A stretch of 64,000 nt of DNA, from positions 83,172 to 147,171 of the IMG/VR virus record IMGVR_UViG_3300045996_002451; one strand, written 5' to 3'. This stretch comes from a virus (Duplodnaviria > Heunggongvirae > Uroviricota > Caudoviricetes). This document shows, piece by piece, positions 16,917-26,869 of this stretch. The notes beneath the pieces are model-generated. The model was not told the DNA's origin. It did not search any database and worked only from the letters and a program-made list of their open reading frames with translations. Position 1 is the stretch's first letter. Each line of letters begins with the position of its first letter. The translations under genes and the position numbers were made by a program.

Positions 16917-17246
16917 ATGCCTACGCTTAGCACCGCGAACACCCATTCCCCTGCGGCGAACACCGATGCGGTACTTACCTACACAGGCGTTGCCGGAACC
17001 ACGCACGTCTTTTTGAACGGTGTTTCGTGGAGTTACGACAACGATCCCACAGGCGGACGGATCTGGATCACGGTAGACGGCAGCACCGTGTTCGACATGG
17101 ACATCACTGGTGGGGGTGCTGGGTTTATCCCGTTCCACGAGCCCCTCTACGCAACTCCCGGTAAGACCGTAATCTTCCGTCTTGAAGCAGGCGGCTCCGG
17201 CGTCACCGGTAAGCTTTCTGTACTGGGGCACCGAGCCGTATCCTAA
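16917..17246 (+). CDS. Small beta-rich putative virion protein
   Basis: 109 aa, AGGA RBS, Thr/Gly-rich beta composition. Confidence 0.6.
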   Translation: MPTLSTANTHSPAANTDAVLTYTGVAGTTHVFLNGVSWSYDNDPTGGRIWITVDGSTVFDMDITGGGAGFIPFHEPLYATPGKTVIFRLEAGGSGVTGKLSVLGHRAVS

Positions 17247-17255
17247 GGAGGCGCT

Positions 17256-19499
17256 ATGGCTTTTCGTTATCTAGATACCTTCACGGACACTGCGGGGGTA
17301 GAGCTTACTTCCCATACTAGTGATAGCGGAGCAGGCTTAACTCCAATCACCTGGAGTATGAACGGCGGTGCCACACCCACAATCACTGCGGCAGGGCGAC
17401 TAGCCTTTGGTGCTAACGAAAACCGCTGTATTGCGGGCACAGAGCCACCGGACGCCACCTACGACCTGTTCTGGAAAGTGCGGGTTAACGAGGTTGGAAG
17501 CTTTAGCGAGTCCGGGGTGCTTTGCTGTTGGCATACGGGTAACGGAGACTGGTACCGCGCTGCCTTAACCAACTACAGTGGTAATAGTGGCTACATTCAC
17601 CGGGTTGCAGGCCTCTCTATTCAGGGTGGCGGCGCTTCCGGGGCAGTCACTATCTCGGCAGGTAATACCTACGAGTGTAAGTTGGAGGTACGGGCGAGCA
17701 CGCTTACGCTGTTCTACCGCGTCTCCGGATCAGGTACTTGGATCCAGGTTTGTCAACTCACTGACTCCGTGTTGCCGCGCAACACGAGCGGTAGCAGTAA
17801 GGCAGGTATCTGGAACCTGGCCGCGTCCTCGGACTCCACGGGACTGCAGATCGATGACTGGGAGATCGTCTCTGTAGGAGAGGTTACTCCTGATACGACG
17901 GCCCCGGCGTTTGCCAGTGCTGCTGTACCCTCGGCAGGCACGACGGTCGTCGTTACCCTGACGGAAGGGGAAAGCGCGCCCATCTTGCCGGAGACCGGGA
18001 TCACCGGGTTCTCCCTCACAGTAGCCGGAGAACCACGCACGATTAGCTCGGCGGCACGGACCACGAGCAACACGCTGACCTTGACGGTCGCTTCGGTGAT
18101 CTACTCCGGAGAAGCGGTACTGCTGTCCTACACCCCAGGTAACGTGACAGACAGTGCGACTTCACCCAACTCCATGTCTTCGTTCTCCGCCCAGTCGGTG
18201 ACCAATAACTCGACGGAGGAGAACCCGGAAACTCCGCTGGCCGCTGGAACCCTGACGTGTACCAGTCGCTACCCTGCCATCGCAATGGAGGCCACCGCCC
18301 CTACCGGAGGCGTTGAGCCGTATACTCAGCAGTGGTATGTTTCGACGGACCCACTCTTCACTCCAGGTGTCGGCACACTGCTCTCTGGTGAGACCGGGCT
18401 AACTTGTGAGTACACGCCTCCGGACCACGAACCGCGCTGGTTCAAGGTCGTTTACACGGATGACGAAGACACAACGGTTACTAGCGATGTACGCGGCGCA
18501 ACGCTCCACAATGCTCCGTTAATCTGGGGAGTGGTGGGGGACAGCACCAGTGCGGCGACCGGTGAAGCCGGATCAGTAGGCGGTCCTTATTGGGCGGCAC
18601 TTCGTCTAGGCGAGCTGACGCAGCGCACGGTAACCCTGGTCAATCGGGCCATCGGCGGCTCCAACTCCGCGCAGTGGCTGCCGGACAACACCTACCTGAA
18701 CAACGCCATTGCCGCGTTCCAGGCAGCGGGTGTTACGGACGTCAGCATCCGCCTGGGGACCAACAACACCAGTGACTCCGTCTCGGCGGAACTGGTTGCG
18801 GAAGGAACCGCAGAGCACGTCTTGGCAATTGCCGAGGAGCTGCTAGCCGAAGGCGTCGAGCGCGTGCACATCGACTGGCCTTTTTCCCAAAACCCGAACG
18901 GTACGTTGACCCGGCGCAATAACATCGCGGACCTCCTCCTGATGGGGGCGGCGCTGGATGGGATCTGCAATGGGACCACGATTCTTCAGGGAGACCGGAC
19001 CAGTTACCGTTGCACCATCGACAACCCGGCTTCGATGTATGACGGGGTGCATGCGACGCCGACCTTCGAGCATACAGTAGGCTCTAATATCGCACGCGCA
19101 CTCTACGACTCCTTGTACGCAGAGACTGAAAGTACTGACTACCCTAGCGTCGATGATGTACGGGCAGGTACAAGCTTCAATGGTCTCACCGGAACGCTTG
19201 TGCTTCCGGATGCAGACCAGGTAGAAGAAGGAGTGGCTTACGGGGCCGACGGCACCGAGTACACGGGTACTTTCGCAGGCGGCACCACCGTCAATGCACT
19301 CAGCATCACACTGGATGAGAATGGCGGAGACCCGCTCCTGACGTGGGAAGCGGCAGACGATGCGACCTCTTACAACGTCCTGCGGGCGACCGATCCCCAG
19401 GGGCCCTACACCGTCATTGCCAGTGAGCTGACCGACCTGACCTACACGGATACCGGAGCACCAGGAGCGGCTTACTACACCGTAGTCGGAGTAAGCTAA
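17256..19499 (+). CDS. Multidomain virion protein: lectin-like + SwmB/Ig-like + SGNH (GDSL) hydrolase + FN3-like
   Basis: SGNH blocks VVGDST, NRAIGGSNS, IRLGTNN, DGVH; DTTAPAFASAAV Ig-like repeat; C-terminal LTWEAADDATSYNVLRA...LTYTD. Confidence 0.7.
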   Translation: MAFRYLDTFTDTAGVELTSHTSDSGAGLTPITWSMNGGATPTITAAGRLAFGANENRCIAGTEPPDATYDLFWKVRVNEVGSFSESGVLCCWHTGNGDWYRAALTNYSGNSGYIHRVAGLSIQGGGASGAVTISAGNTYECKLEVRASTLTLFYRVSGSGTWIQVCQLTDSVLPRNTSGSSKAGIWNLAASSDSTGLQIDDWEIVSVGEVTPDTTAPAFASAAVPSAGTTVVVTLTEGESAPILPETGITGFSLTVAGEPRTISSAARTTSNTLTLTVASVIYSGEAVLLSYTPGNVTDSATSPNSMSSFSAQSVTNNSTEENPETPLAAGTLTCTSRYPAIAMEATAPTGGVEPYTQQWYVSTDPLFTPGVGTLLSGETGLTCEYTPPDHEPRWFKVVYTDDEDTTVTSDVRGATLHNAPLIWGVVGDSTSAATGEAGSVGGPYWAALRLGELTQRTVTLVNRAIGGSNSAQWLPDNTYLNNAIAAFQAAGVTDVSIRLGTNNTSDSVSAELVAEGTAEHVLAIAEELLAEGVERVHIDWPFSQNPNGTLTRRNNIADLLLMGAALDGICNGTTILQGDRTSYRCTIDNPASMYDGVHATPTFEHTVGSNIARALYDSLYAETESTDYPSVDDVRAGTSFNGLTGTLVLPDADQVEEGVAYGADGTEYTGTFAGGTTVNALSITLDENGGDPLLTWEAADDATSYNVLRATDPQGPYTVIASELTDLTYTDTGAPGAAYYTVVGVS

Positions 19500-19927
19500 T
19501 GCCCTACTATGTCCAGCAAGGCTACATGCAGGTGAGCTACGTCCCCCAGGAAGGCTACACTGTGGGTGGGCCAGGCACGGGTAACCAGGACGAAACTTCC
19601 ACCAACTTCACCGTGACCAAAACGGGTGGTGCGGAGTTTGATGGCACGGAAACGATCACCCTCTCCGACTTCGGAGGGGGTGGTACGTTCACCGTCAGCC
19701 TGGGAGCTTCCGGAGCCGGTCCGCTCACAGTTACCCCACCGTCCGGGACGAGCTTTACCTTTACGTACACGCCGATTACTCCGGGACTGAAAACCCTTGG
19801 GTTTACCAACGCACAGGGGTGGACCAACCCCAGCAGCTTGGAGTACCGGGTCATTCGCACCGTACCGCTTCTCTCCCGAGGACCGCTCCCTGGTCTCTCC
19901 GGACTCTCTGGACTCTCCGGGTACTAA
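19499..19927 (+). CDS. Putative Ig-like structural protein
   Basis: 142 aa Thr/Gly-rich; TAATG overlap; 9-bp tandem repeats (GLSGLSGLSG) at the C-terminus. Confidence 0.55.
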   Translation: MPYYVQQGYMQVSYVPQEGYTVGGPGTGNQDETSTNFTVTKTGGAEFDGTETITLSDFGGGGTFTVSLGASGAGPLTVTPPSGTSFTFTYTPITPGLKTLGFTNAQGWTNPSSLEYRVIRTVPLLSRGPLPGLSGLSGLSGY

Positions 19928-19945
19928 CCAGGAAGGATCGTTCGT

Positions 19946-21508
19946 ATGCCTCCCTCTTTGCCGACGTGGCTCTCTGTCGTTAACTTCGAACCTCGCCTGG
20001 GTGCGGCCTCGGTGTCGGTGCTGCCGCAGTTCAAGGTGCGTTTTAACACCGCCCTGGACTCAGACCTTGTCTCGACGGATGAGGGGCTCAATACGTACGT
20101 CATCCTGGTGCGCATGGACACCGATGATGTGGTCGAGGTGGAGTACGTTTCGTACGACGCCGACAACCGCCTCCTGACGTTCCAACCCTCCGAGGATCTC
20201 AGTGCCGGAGCCTTCTACCAGGTCACCATCCGCAAGAGCCTGAAGAACGCGCAAGGGCGCGCGATGGCAGGCGACCGGATCTGGAGCTTCCAGGTAGACG
20301 CGTCTCCACTGGGAGTTCCGGAGCTGTCTTCTCCAGGTGACTCCACGGCGTACAGCAGCGCGCCCACCCTTACCTGGGAAGGGGTGACCGTCGCTTCGGG
20401 TACCGTCACCTATGAGATCCAACTCGACAACACCTGGACCTTCGGTTCGGACCTGACCTGGGAGAGCAGCTACACCGTTGCGGCTTCCGGAGCCTCAGGA
20501 ACCCAGGAACTGGAGATCGGGGTCAGCCTGGATGAAGAAAGAACGTACTACTGGCGAGTACGGGCCATAACTTCCGAGGTGACGGGAGAATGGACGGACG
20601 CGTGGGCCTTCTGGTTGGGCACCACGGCGCGCGCGGCGCCCAATACCAGCGCGAGCTGGGAACCGGAAGACCACTTTACCTTGCTGGATCTTCAGCCGGG
20701 TGATGGCGCTTACCACCTAGGAAGCTGGCCTACGATCCGGGCGGTCTTCTCTCAACCGGTATCCGGAGGCGGGCTTTCCAGCGACGTGTTCCAGGTCTGG
20801 CAAGAATCGATCGATGGGCAGCTCGGTGTTACCGGCGCCTCCCTGGTTTCCGGTTCGCTGGTTGCCGACGACGGGATCGTGGTCTTTACGCCTGCCGACG
20901 ACATCCTGCCAAACACCCGCTACACCATCGTGGTCAAGAAGGGCCTGACCTCGGAAAGCGGCGACACGCTGCGGGCGGACGTGCTCCAGTACTTCAGTGG
21001 AACCTACACCCCTCTCTACGGCGGTACCACGCAGGTCCGGAGCTTGCACGGAGAGTGCTGCGACTCGGTCTCTACCGATGAGCTGCTTTACCAGCTTTGG
21101 CGAGCTTCCCTAGAAGTGCACCGGATCCTCCTTTCCCAGGAACCCACCCGGCAAGCTCATACTCTGACCTTTAGCCAAGTGCTCAACTATACCCCCCGAG
21201 ATGTGACGTACGGGATGGTGACCTGGTGCGAGCATGCCGCGGCGGTTTCGGTATTGGAAGGTCACTACTTCGACCTGCTGGAGCGGGCCGGTCGTAAGCG
21301 TACGCTAGGGGTCTGGGAAGACGAACTCTCGACCGACATCCTGCCGGAGATTCGTGCCAAGCTCAAAGAGCTGAAGGCCGAGCGTGATGAGATTGCTGCG
21401 AACATGCTGCGCGCGGCGGTACTTTCTCGCACGGTGCAAAAGAGCATGCTCTGGAGACCGGAACTGGCGGTCCTGGACCAGAGCTACACGGGACGTAAAA
21501 CCCTCTAG
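19946..21508 (+). CDS. Ig-like (Big_5/SbsA-type) domain protein, candidate head-tail connector
   Basis: Two Ig-like units (FKVRFNTALD...LLTFQPSEDLSAGAFYQVTI; IRAVFSQPV...VVFTPADDILPNTRYTIVV), FN3-like YYWRVRA, helical C-terminal domain. Confidence 0.6.
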   Translation: MPPSLPTWLSVVNFEPRLGAASVSVLPQFKVRFNTALDSDLVSTDEGLNTYVILVRMDTDDVVEVEYVSYDADNRLLTFQPSEDLSAGAFYQVTIRKSLKNAQGRAMAGDRIWSFQVDASPLGVPELSSPGDSTAYSSAPTLTWEGVTVASGTVTYEIQLDNTWTFGSDLTWESSYTVAASGASGTQELEIGVSLDEERTYYWRVRAITSEVTGEWTDAWAFWLGTTARAAPNTSASWEPEDHFTLLDLQPGDGAYHLGSWPTIRAVFSQPVSGGGLSSDVFQVWQESIDGQLGVTGASLVSGSLVADDGIVVFTPADDILPNTRYTIVVKKGLTSESGDTLRADVLQYFSGTYTPLYGGTTQVRSLHGECCDSVSTDELLYQLWRASLEVHRILLSQEPTRQAHTLTFSQVLNYTPRDVTYGMVTWCEHAAAVSVLEGHYFDLLERAGRKRTLGVWEDELSTDILPEIRAKLKELKAERDEIAANMLRAAVLSRTVQKSMLWRPELAVLDQSYTGRKTL

Positions 21509-21511
21509 GTC

Positions 21512-21527
21512 GGGTACACGGGTAACA
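21512..21527. promoter_or_regulatory. Motif A copy, 1 mismatch (GGGTACACGGGTAACA)
   Basis: 3 nt after the TAG of 19946-21508. Confidence 0.7.
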
Positions 21528-21556
21528 TGGGTTGTTGCTTGTTACCTTGGTTATCT

Positions 21557-21784
21557 ATGAAACCTACCATTCGAGTATCCACCCCTGTACGCCAAGCTTC
21601 TCTGGAAGGCACGATTATCCGCTGCACATGTGGAAATCCGTCCGACCACCTGGATACTGTCTGTCCGAAAGGACGGGCGATCCCGCTAGGGCAGCTAGCC
21701 TACTACCATCAAAACCCGTTAGTACGGGGCTTGCGGTGGGTGCTCTTCAAGCTAAAACTTCGAACGACTTTCTGGAAGACCTGA
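21557..21784 (+). CDS. Small hypothetical protein (CxC...C)
   Basis: ATG 21557 in the 21527 frame; stop abuts the next start at 21786. Confidence 0.45.
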   Translation: MKPTIRVSTPVRQASLEGTIIRCTCGNPSDHLDTVCPKGRAIPLGQLAYYHQNPLVRGLRWVLFKLKLRTTFWKT

Positions 21785-21785
21785 C

Positions 21786-22007
21786 ATGACACCTAAGTTT
21801 TCTGTCGGCAACGAGGTAGCGTGGAGTCACGAGCACGGGGCTCTCCACGCTGCTGGATCGATCCTGCGCAAGGACGCGCTTCCTGCGGGAACCCCCATCG
21901 GGGTCGTTACGGCTATCGCCAACGAAGAAGGAACGTGGTTTGAAGTTACGTTCCCGGACACTTCCGTGCGCACGCTGACCAACGAAGAGTTGGTGCGCGT
22001 AGCCTAG
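21786..22007 (+). CDS. Small hypothetical protein (SH3-like)
   Basis: 73 aa, KFSVGNEV...GVVTAI...WFEVTF pattern; followed by hairpin GGGGCACCT/AGGTGCCCC. Confidence 0.55.
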   Translation: MTPKFSVGNEVAWSHEHGALHAAGSILRKDALPAGTPIGVVTAIANEEGTWFEVTFPDTSVRTLTNEELVRVA

Positions 22008-22106
22008 CCTTCTGGGGCACCTTTTCGTAGGTGCCCCATCCCACTTCCCTTCTGCGGTACGTCCGCATCCCTTCTCTCTGCCCTTCCTCACGTCTGAGGT
22101 ATTCCC

Positions 22107-22508
22107 ATGCCTTTCGGAACTGCTACGGTTGTTACGAATATCGGTAAGGCAATTATTGCTGACCGAATCCGTACGACCCCCGCCACCTACACTGCGTCTC
22201 CCAAGTTCGTCGCCATGGGCGTCGGTGCAACAGGGGCTGCTCGCACTGCGGTGGTTGCGGATACTGCGCTTTCTACTCAAGTGGAAACCCGCACTTCCGG
22301 CACTGAATCGGTCGCTACGGTTACCAACACCGGTGACGCGTACCAGGTGGTCGGCACCATTACAGCGACAGCCACGCGCGCTGTCGACGAAGCGGGTCTT
22401 TTCGATGCAAGCAGCGCAGGCAACATGTTTACCAGCGCTACTTTCCCCATCGTAAACCTGGCTTCTGGTGACTCGATCCAGTTCACCTGGAAAGTACAGC
22501 TCACGTAA
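22107..22508 (+). CDS. Tail-collar/fibre-attachment-like structural protein
   Basis: VVTNIGKAIIA...FVAMGVG...DTAL...DEAGLFDA...DSIQFTWKVQL pattern; GAGG RBS. Confidence 0.6.
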   Translation: MPFGTATVVTNIGKAIIADRIRTTPATYTASPKFVAMGVGATGAARTAVVADTALSTQVETRTSGTESVATVTNTGDAYQVVGTITATATRAVDEAGLFDASSAGNMFTSATFPIVNLASGDSIQFTWKVQLT

Positions 22509-22556
22509 AGACTCGGATCCGGGACAGCCTACCGGATCCTTCTTTAGGAAGTAACC

Positions 22557-23039
22557 ATGTCACTGTCCCCTGAAAAGCTCACGCTGCTTAGTGCTGAGCT
22601 GACACTTCCGGCGTACGCTTCTCTGGTAGCTCTGGGAGCGGACAACGCCCTGGCGGATCTCCTAAACAGCCGCGATATTGAATCGACCCGGTTGGTACCT
22701 GTCGATGAGATTCAAGCCTGGATGATGGGGAACGGCGTCTGGTTTGCACTTCGCATGGCGCAGCGCACCGAAGGCGTTCCGGACATGATTCTGGCTGCCA
22801 TCGAGTTCGTGGTGGATGCCTGCGCTTCGCGTCTGATGGCCTTGGATCTGAGTAACGCTCAATCCGTCCAGTTGATGGGCGCGTTCCAGCAAGCCGGGCT
22901 GCTGACTGCAGAGCAAGCGGCGGAACTGTCCGCTCTAGGAGAAAGCGTTACTTCTCGGGCCGAACAGCTTTTGGGCCAAACAATTACTACCGATGACGTA
23001 AGCCAAGCGCTTGTCTCGGTACGTACCGGAGAAAACTAA
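22557..23039 (+). CDS. Hypothetical protein
   Basis: 160-aa ORF, AGGA RBS. Confidence 0.65.
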   Translation: MSLSPEKLTLLSAELTLPAYASLVALGADNALADLLNSRDIESTRLVPVDEIQAWMMGNGVWFALRMAQRTEGVPDMILAAIEFVVDACASRLMALDLSNAQSVQLMGAFQQAGLLTAEQAAELSALGESVTSRAEQLLGQTITTDDVSQALVSVRTGEN

Positions 23040-23500
23040 TGGCCAGTGCAAAGTGGTCAGTTGCCGCAGATCGTGGCATCGTCATCTCCAGCGCCAACGA
23101 CGGCTCTGGCAACCTGTACGGACTAGCCAACGGGAGCCGGACCAACGCAGGCGCAGAGATTAACAACTCATCCAACCTGGATGAGTACGGCTGGCTGGAA
23201 CTGGTGGTGACCTTTGGTTCTGCCCCTTCCACGGGAGGTTATGTGGGGATCTACATGCTGACGTCCCCCAATGGAATCAACTACGAGGATGGTTCTACCA
23301 CTGTGGATCCGGGTGCCCACACCTGGGTGTGCAACATTCCGGTGAAAGCTTCCACCAGTGCGCAGCGAGTGCGCTCCCCGCTCATCCTCCTTCATCCCTT
23401 CAAGACCAAGTTCATTGCCTTGAACGGGACCGGCGTTGCGTTCCCGTCTACGACCGCCTCCGAGATCCGGTTGTGGACCACCTATGAAGTGATCAGCTAG
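23039..23500 (+). CDS. Hypothetical beta-rich structural protein
   Basis: 153-aa ORF, TAATG coupling. Confidence 0.65.
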   Translation: MASAKWSVAADRGIVISSANDGSGNLYGLANGSRTNAGAEINNSSNLDEYGWLELVVTFGSAPSTGGYVGIYMLTSPNGINYEDGSTTVDPGAHTWVCNIPVKASTSAQRVRSPLILLHPFKTKFIALNGTGVAFPSTTASEIRLWTTYEVIS

Positions 23501-23506
23501 GACTGC

Positions 23507-26500
23507 ATGCCGCGTCATCCCAAGCCCGTCTGGACTCCTGGTGCGTCCTTTATCATCAACCCTGCGTCTCCCCAGGCGCAGGGTTTGCTGGGTTGGTGGC
23601 CAGAGCTGGCGATGCGGGGAACCCGTACCTACCAGGACCGGATCAGCTACAACCACGGTAGTCCGAATGACGTCCAGATCACATTGGACCTGGACGCGGA
23701 ACGGGGGTGGGCCTGGCGGTTTCCTTACATCAACAACACTTATGTAGAAGTGCCTCGTATTAACGCCAGCCTCGATATCGGGGCAGGCAGTTATACTGTT
23801 AGCCTTTGGGTCTACCTGGAATCAGGGATCCTCGCCACCTCGTCGTATGTCTGTGTAGCGACGATGCGAGATTCCGCCAACTACACCGGCTGGATCTTGG
23901 CCCTCTACCCCCAGACGGACGCTACGCACCCTAACAAACTGCTCTTCGGGGTGGCGGCTACTCACGCCGGACCTTACCCGACTGCGCTGGCTAACGCGAC
24001 TTTCCCCACGGCCCGCTGGGTGCATGTGGCGGGAGTCGTAGACCGCAAGAGCCAGATCGTCAAACTTTATCTGGACGGAGTGCCCCAGACCACCACGGCG
24101 AGTATCGCGGCCCTCGGAGCCATCAACGGCACGAAGCCCATTCGCCTTGGGTATGAGTCCGGACTCGCCGCCTTCAAAGGACGCCAATCGGACCTGCGGA
24201 TCTACGGCAGGGCCCTTTCCGATCAGGAAATCTACCAGCTTTACGCCCCCGAAACCCGGTGGGATCTCTACCGCAGTCAGCTCCATCGCAAGTTCCCGCT
24301 GTTCCCCCAGCCGGAAACTCACCGCACAGGCCGACGTCCGCAGCGGGCGCTGGCCGGGGTCCCCTCGACGCCGTACCGCCTCAATCCCTATTCCCGGCAG
24401 CGTGCGGGTTTGGTGGGTTGCTGGGCGCTTTTACAGGCTCGGGGTTGTAACAACGTAATCGATCTAGCCCGGAACCAGACTGCGCCGTTTACCAATACCC
24501 CGGTGTGGCAGCCTGATCCGGAGCTAGGTTACGTGCTGAAATTCAACGGGGAAGGGGCCAGTAACACCAAGTACCTGGCCCTCCCCAACACCGCCACGGT
24601 GGGAGGGTTGGACGAGGTCACGGTGGCGGTGTGGTACAAGCCGACGGCTAACCCGACAGACGTGGCCTCTTACCCGCCCCTCTGGTTTGAGAGCACTGGC
24701 TCCACCGACTACACCCGTTTTGGCATCTTCCACATCAGTAACACAAGCAACCTCCTGGTGGTCGTGCGCGATAGCGTTGCGGGTAACACCGGCAGCGCCA
24801 CGGTCAACACCACCCTCACCAGCGCGTTCTCCACCCTGAACGTCTGGTACCATGTGGTAGTAACGTACAGTGCGGTGCAGGATCGCTTGCGGATCTACCT
24901 TAACGGAGTGCTCCGCAGCACTGTGACCGGCACCTACGGCACCCTGCTGACGGTTACGCCGAGCAACCCGATTTCACTCGGCGGCATCTATGGGTCCGCT
25001 GGGCAGCAGCGATCTTTGACGGGGTGCTTAGGCCTGGATGCCCGGATGTATAGCCGGGAACTAAGTGCGGCAGAAGTCTACCAGCTTTACGCTCCGGAAA
25101 CCCGGTGGGATCTTTACAGTCTCGTTAAGCGCATGAGTCTGCTGTGGACAGAGGTGGTTACCAGCACCCTGTATTACCAGGCACTGACTGCTACGGTGAG
25201 CCAGGTAGGTTCGGTACTCCGAGGAGTTTACCGAATCTTAACTGGTAGCCAGTCGGAGACGGCCACTGTCTCTCGACAGGCAGCCGTAACACGAAGTTCC
25301 AGTCAGGCGCAAACAGCCGGGACCCAGCGGCAGACCGCGCACAGTAGCAGCTCTGCGCTAGTCGTGAGTCCGAGCACCCTTAAAGGCGCCCAGGTGACGC
25401 AGTCTGCTGCTCAGCAAGCCACGCCCACCCTCACTTTCCAGAATGTGCTAAATGTAATTCTTAACCTCACGGTTACTGGCGCAGGGACAGTGGCAAGGTG
25501 GGTCCAGCGTACGCTTACTGGTACCCAGGCCAGTAGTTCCGGAGCGCAGCGCTCAGTAGCAGTCACCAAGACGGCCTCCCAAGGTGAGACGGCTACACTA
25601 CCTCGCCAGATGCAGACGGCAAAGTCTACCAGCAGCACGTCGGTTGCTACTACCGCACGCAGTATTGGCTGGTTGCGTACCGCCATGCAGAGTCAGAGTG
25701 TGCTGCTGAGCCGCGTGCTGAACTGGCTGCGTTCGGCGACGCAAGGCAACAGTGCCACGGCTTCTCGCCACATCCAAGTCACACGCAACGCTGCGCAAAC
25801 TGGGGTAGTTACAAGCGCAAAGCACGTAAGCCAGTACCAAGCAGCGAGTGCCTCGGAAGTAGCTACTTCCCAGCGTCAAGCAGGTTTGGCGCGTACTGCG
25901 CTGCAAAGCTCCAGCAGTATCGTAAGCCGCGGCGTGAACTGGCTACGCACCGCGAGCCAAAACACCGTCACTTCCTTGACGCGTTTTCACGCCAAAATTC
26001 TCTCAGCCGCACAAACCATCCTGGTTGAACTCTCCAATCAGGGGGTGATTCTGTACACGTTGTCGGTGACGCTTACCACGCTTAACACGTTACAGCGAAG
26101 TATTATGCGTGTCGTACAAAGCACGACACCTGTCAGTAGCACGGTAAGTCGCGCGATCACGCGTACCTTGACTGCAGTAGCTGCTCCGCTCGCGACGGTA
26201 ACCCGGCAACTGGTCTGGATGCAGACCACCAGCAGTACTCCGCTGAGTACCATGCTGCCAACCCTAGCACGGGTACTCACGGCGGTCAGTGCTCCGGTAG
26301 TTTCCTGGACGCGGAGCGTGGCACGTACCTTGTACACGAACACCACGTTGAGTGTAAGCCGTGTGCGCCAACTTGCGCGCGCAGTAAGTGTCACAGCTTC
26401 AAGCGGGTCCACGCTTCTCCGACAATCAGGGAGAATCTTAAGCGGTAGCCAAAGCGTTCAGAGCACCCTCAGTCGACTGGCAAATAAAACGTGGCTTGCT

Positions 26501-26869
26501 CTCCAGGGAAAAACCGCTACCGCCAACCGGGCCATGAATAAGTCGGTGACCCGCACGCAAAGCAGTACCCCTACGGTTACCCGAAGTAACGCTCGAACCG
26601 TCCAGACGGCGGTAACGCAGTCAACCAATCTGGTCCGACGGGGTTACTCGATCCTGTCGAGCAGCGCGGCTCCGTTGGGTAACCTGCTGCGCCACATCGG
26701 TAAGTCTTGCTCACAGTCTGTCACCCTGACGGCAGTCCAACTGAAGTCAGTAGCTAAGACAGTGCGCACCTCTTCACTCGTGCAAGCCTTCCTGGCGAAA
26801 ACGCGCCATCTAGCCCAAAGCGGTGCCTTCTTCTTCCAACACGTAATCCTGCGCCGGAGAAATAAGTAA
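23507..26869 (+). CDS. Tandem LamG/ConA-like lectin domains plus ~30 degenerate 18-aa Ser/Thr/Arg repeats; putative fibre/receptor-binding protein
   Basis: WVHVAGVVDR...VKLYLDG...SDLRIYGRALSDQEIYQLY and WYHVVVTY...LRIYLNG...DARMYSRELSAAEVYQLY; C-terminal period-18 repeats (RSIGWLRTAMQSQSVLLS, RVLNWLRSATQGNSATAS, ...). Confidence 0.75.
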   Translation: MPRHPKPVWTPGASFIINPASPQAQGLLGWWPELAMRGTRTYQDRISYNHGSPNDVQITLDLDAERGWAWRFPYINNTYVEVPRINASLDIGAGSYTVSLWVYLESGILATSSYVCVATMRDSANYTGWILALYPQTDATHPNKLLFGVAATHAGPYPTALANATFPTARWVHVAGVVDRKSQIVKLYLDGVPQTTTASIAALGAINGTKPIRLGYESGLAAFKGRQSDLRIYGRALSDQEIYQLYAPETRWDLYRSQLHRKFPLFPQPETHRTGRRPQRALAGVPSTPYRLNPYSRQRAGLVGCWALLQARGCNNVIDLARNQTAPFTNTPVWQPDPELGYVLKFNGEGASNTKYLALPNTATVGGLDEVTVAVWYKPTANPTDVASYPPLWFESTGSTDYTRFGIFHISNTSNLLVVVRDSVAGNTGSATVNTTLTSAFSTLNVWYHVVVTYSAVQDRLRIYLNGVLRSTVTGTYGTLLTVTPSNPISLGGIYGSAGQQRSLTGCLGLDARMYSRELSAAEVYQLYAPETRWDLYSLVKRMSLLWTEVVTSTLYYQALTATVSQVGSVLRGVYRILTGSQSETATVSRQAAVTRSSSQAQTAGTQRQTAHSSSSALVVSPSTLKGAQVTQSAAQQATPTLTFQNVLNVILNLTVTGAGTVARWVQRTLTGTQASSSGAQRSVAVTKTASQGETATLPRQMQTAKSTSSTSVATTARSIGWLRTAMQSQSVLLSRVLNWLRSATQGNSATASRHIQVTRNAAQTGVVTSAKHVSQYQAASASEVATSQRQAGLARTALQSSSSIVSRGVNWLRTASQNTVTSLTRFHAKILSAAQTILVELSNQGVILYTLSVTLTTLNTLQRSIMRVVQSTTPVSSTVSRAITRTLTAVAAPLATVTRQLVWMQTTSSTPLSTMLPTLARVLTAVSAPVVSWTRSVARTLYTNTTLSVSRVRQLARAVSVTASSGSTLLRQSGRILSGSQSVQSTLSRLANKTWLALQGKTATANRAMNKSVTRTQSSTPTVTRSNARTVQTAVTQSTNLVRRGYSILSSSAAPLGNLLRHIGKSCSQSVTLTAVQLKSVAKTVRTSSLVQAFLAKTRHLAQSGAFFFQHVILRRRNK

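Noticed and set aside
19895-19921. 9-bp tandem repeat (GLSGLSGLSG)
   Set aside because: Short coding micro-repeat with no evidence of phase variation, since it is a multiple of 3.
21532-21789. Alternative 85-aa ORF overlapping 21557-21784
   Set aside because: No RBS or motifs; the other frame ends flush with the next gene's start.
24231-25117. Possible DGR template/variable repeat pair
   Set aside because: Only 41 bp, mismatches are synonymous C/T and C/G rather than adenine-specific, and no reverse transcriptase is in the window.
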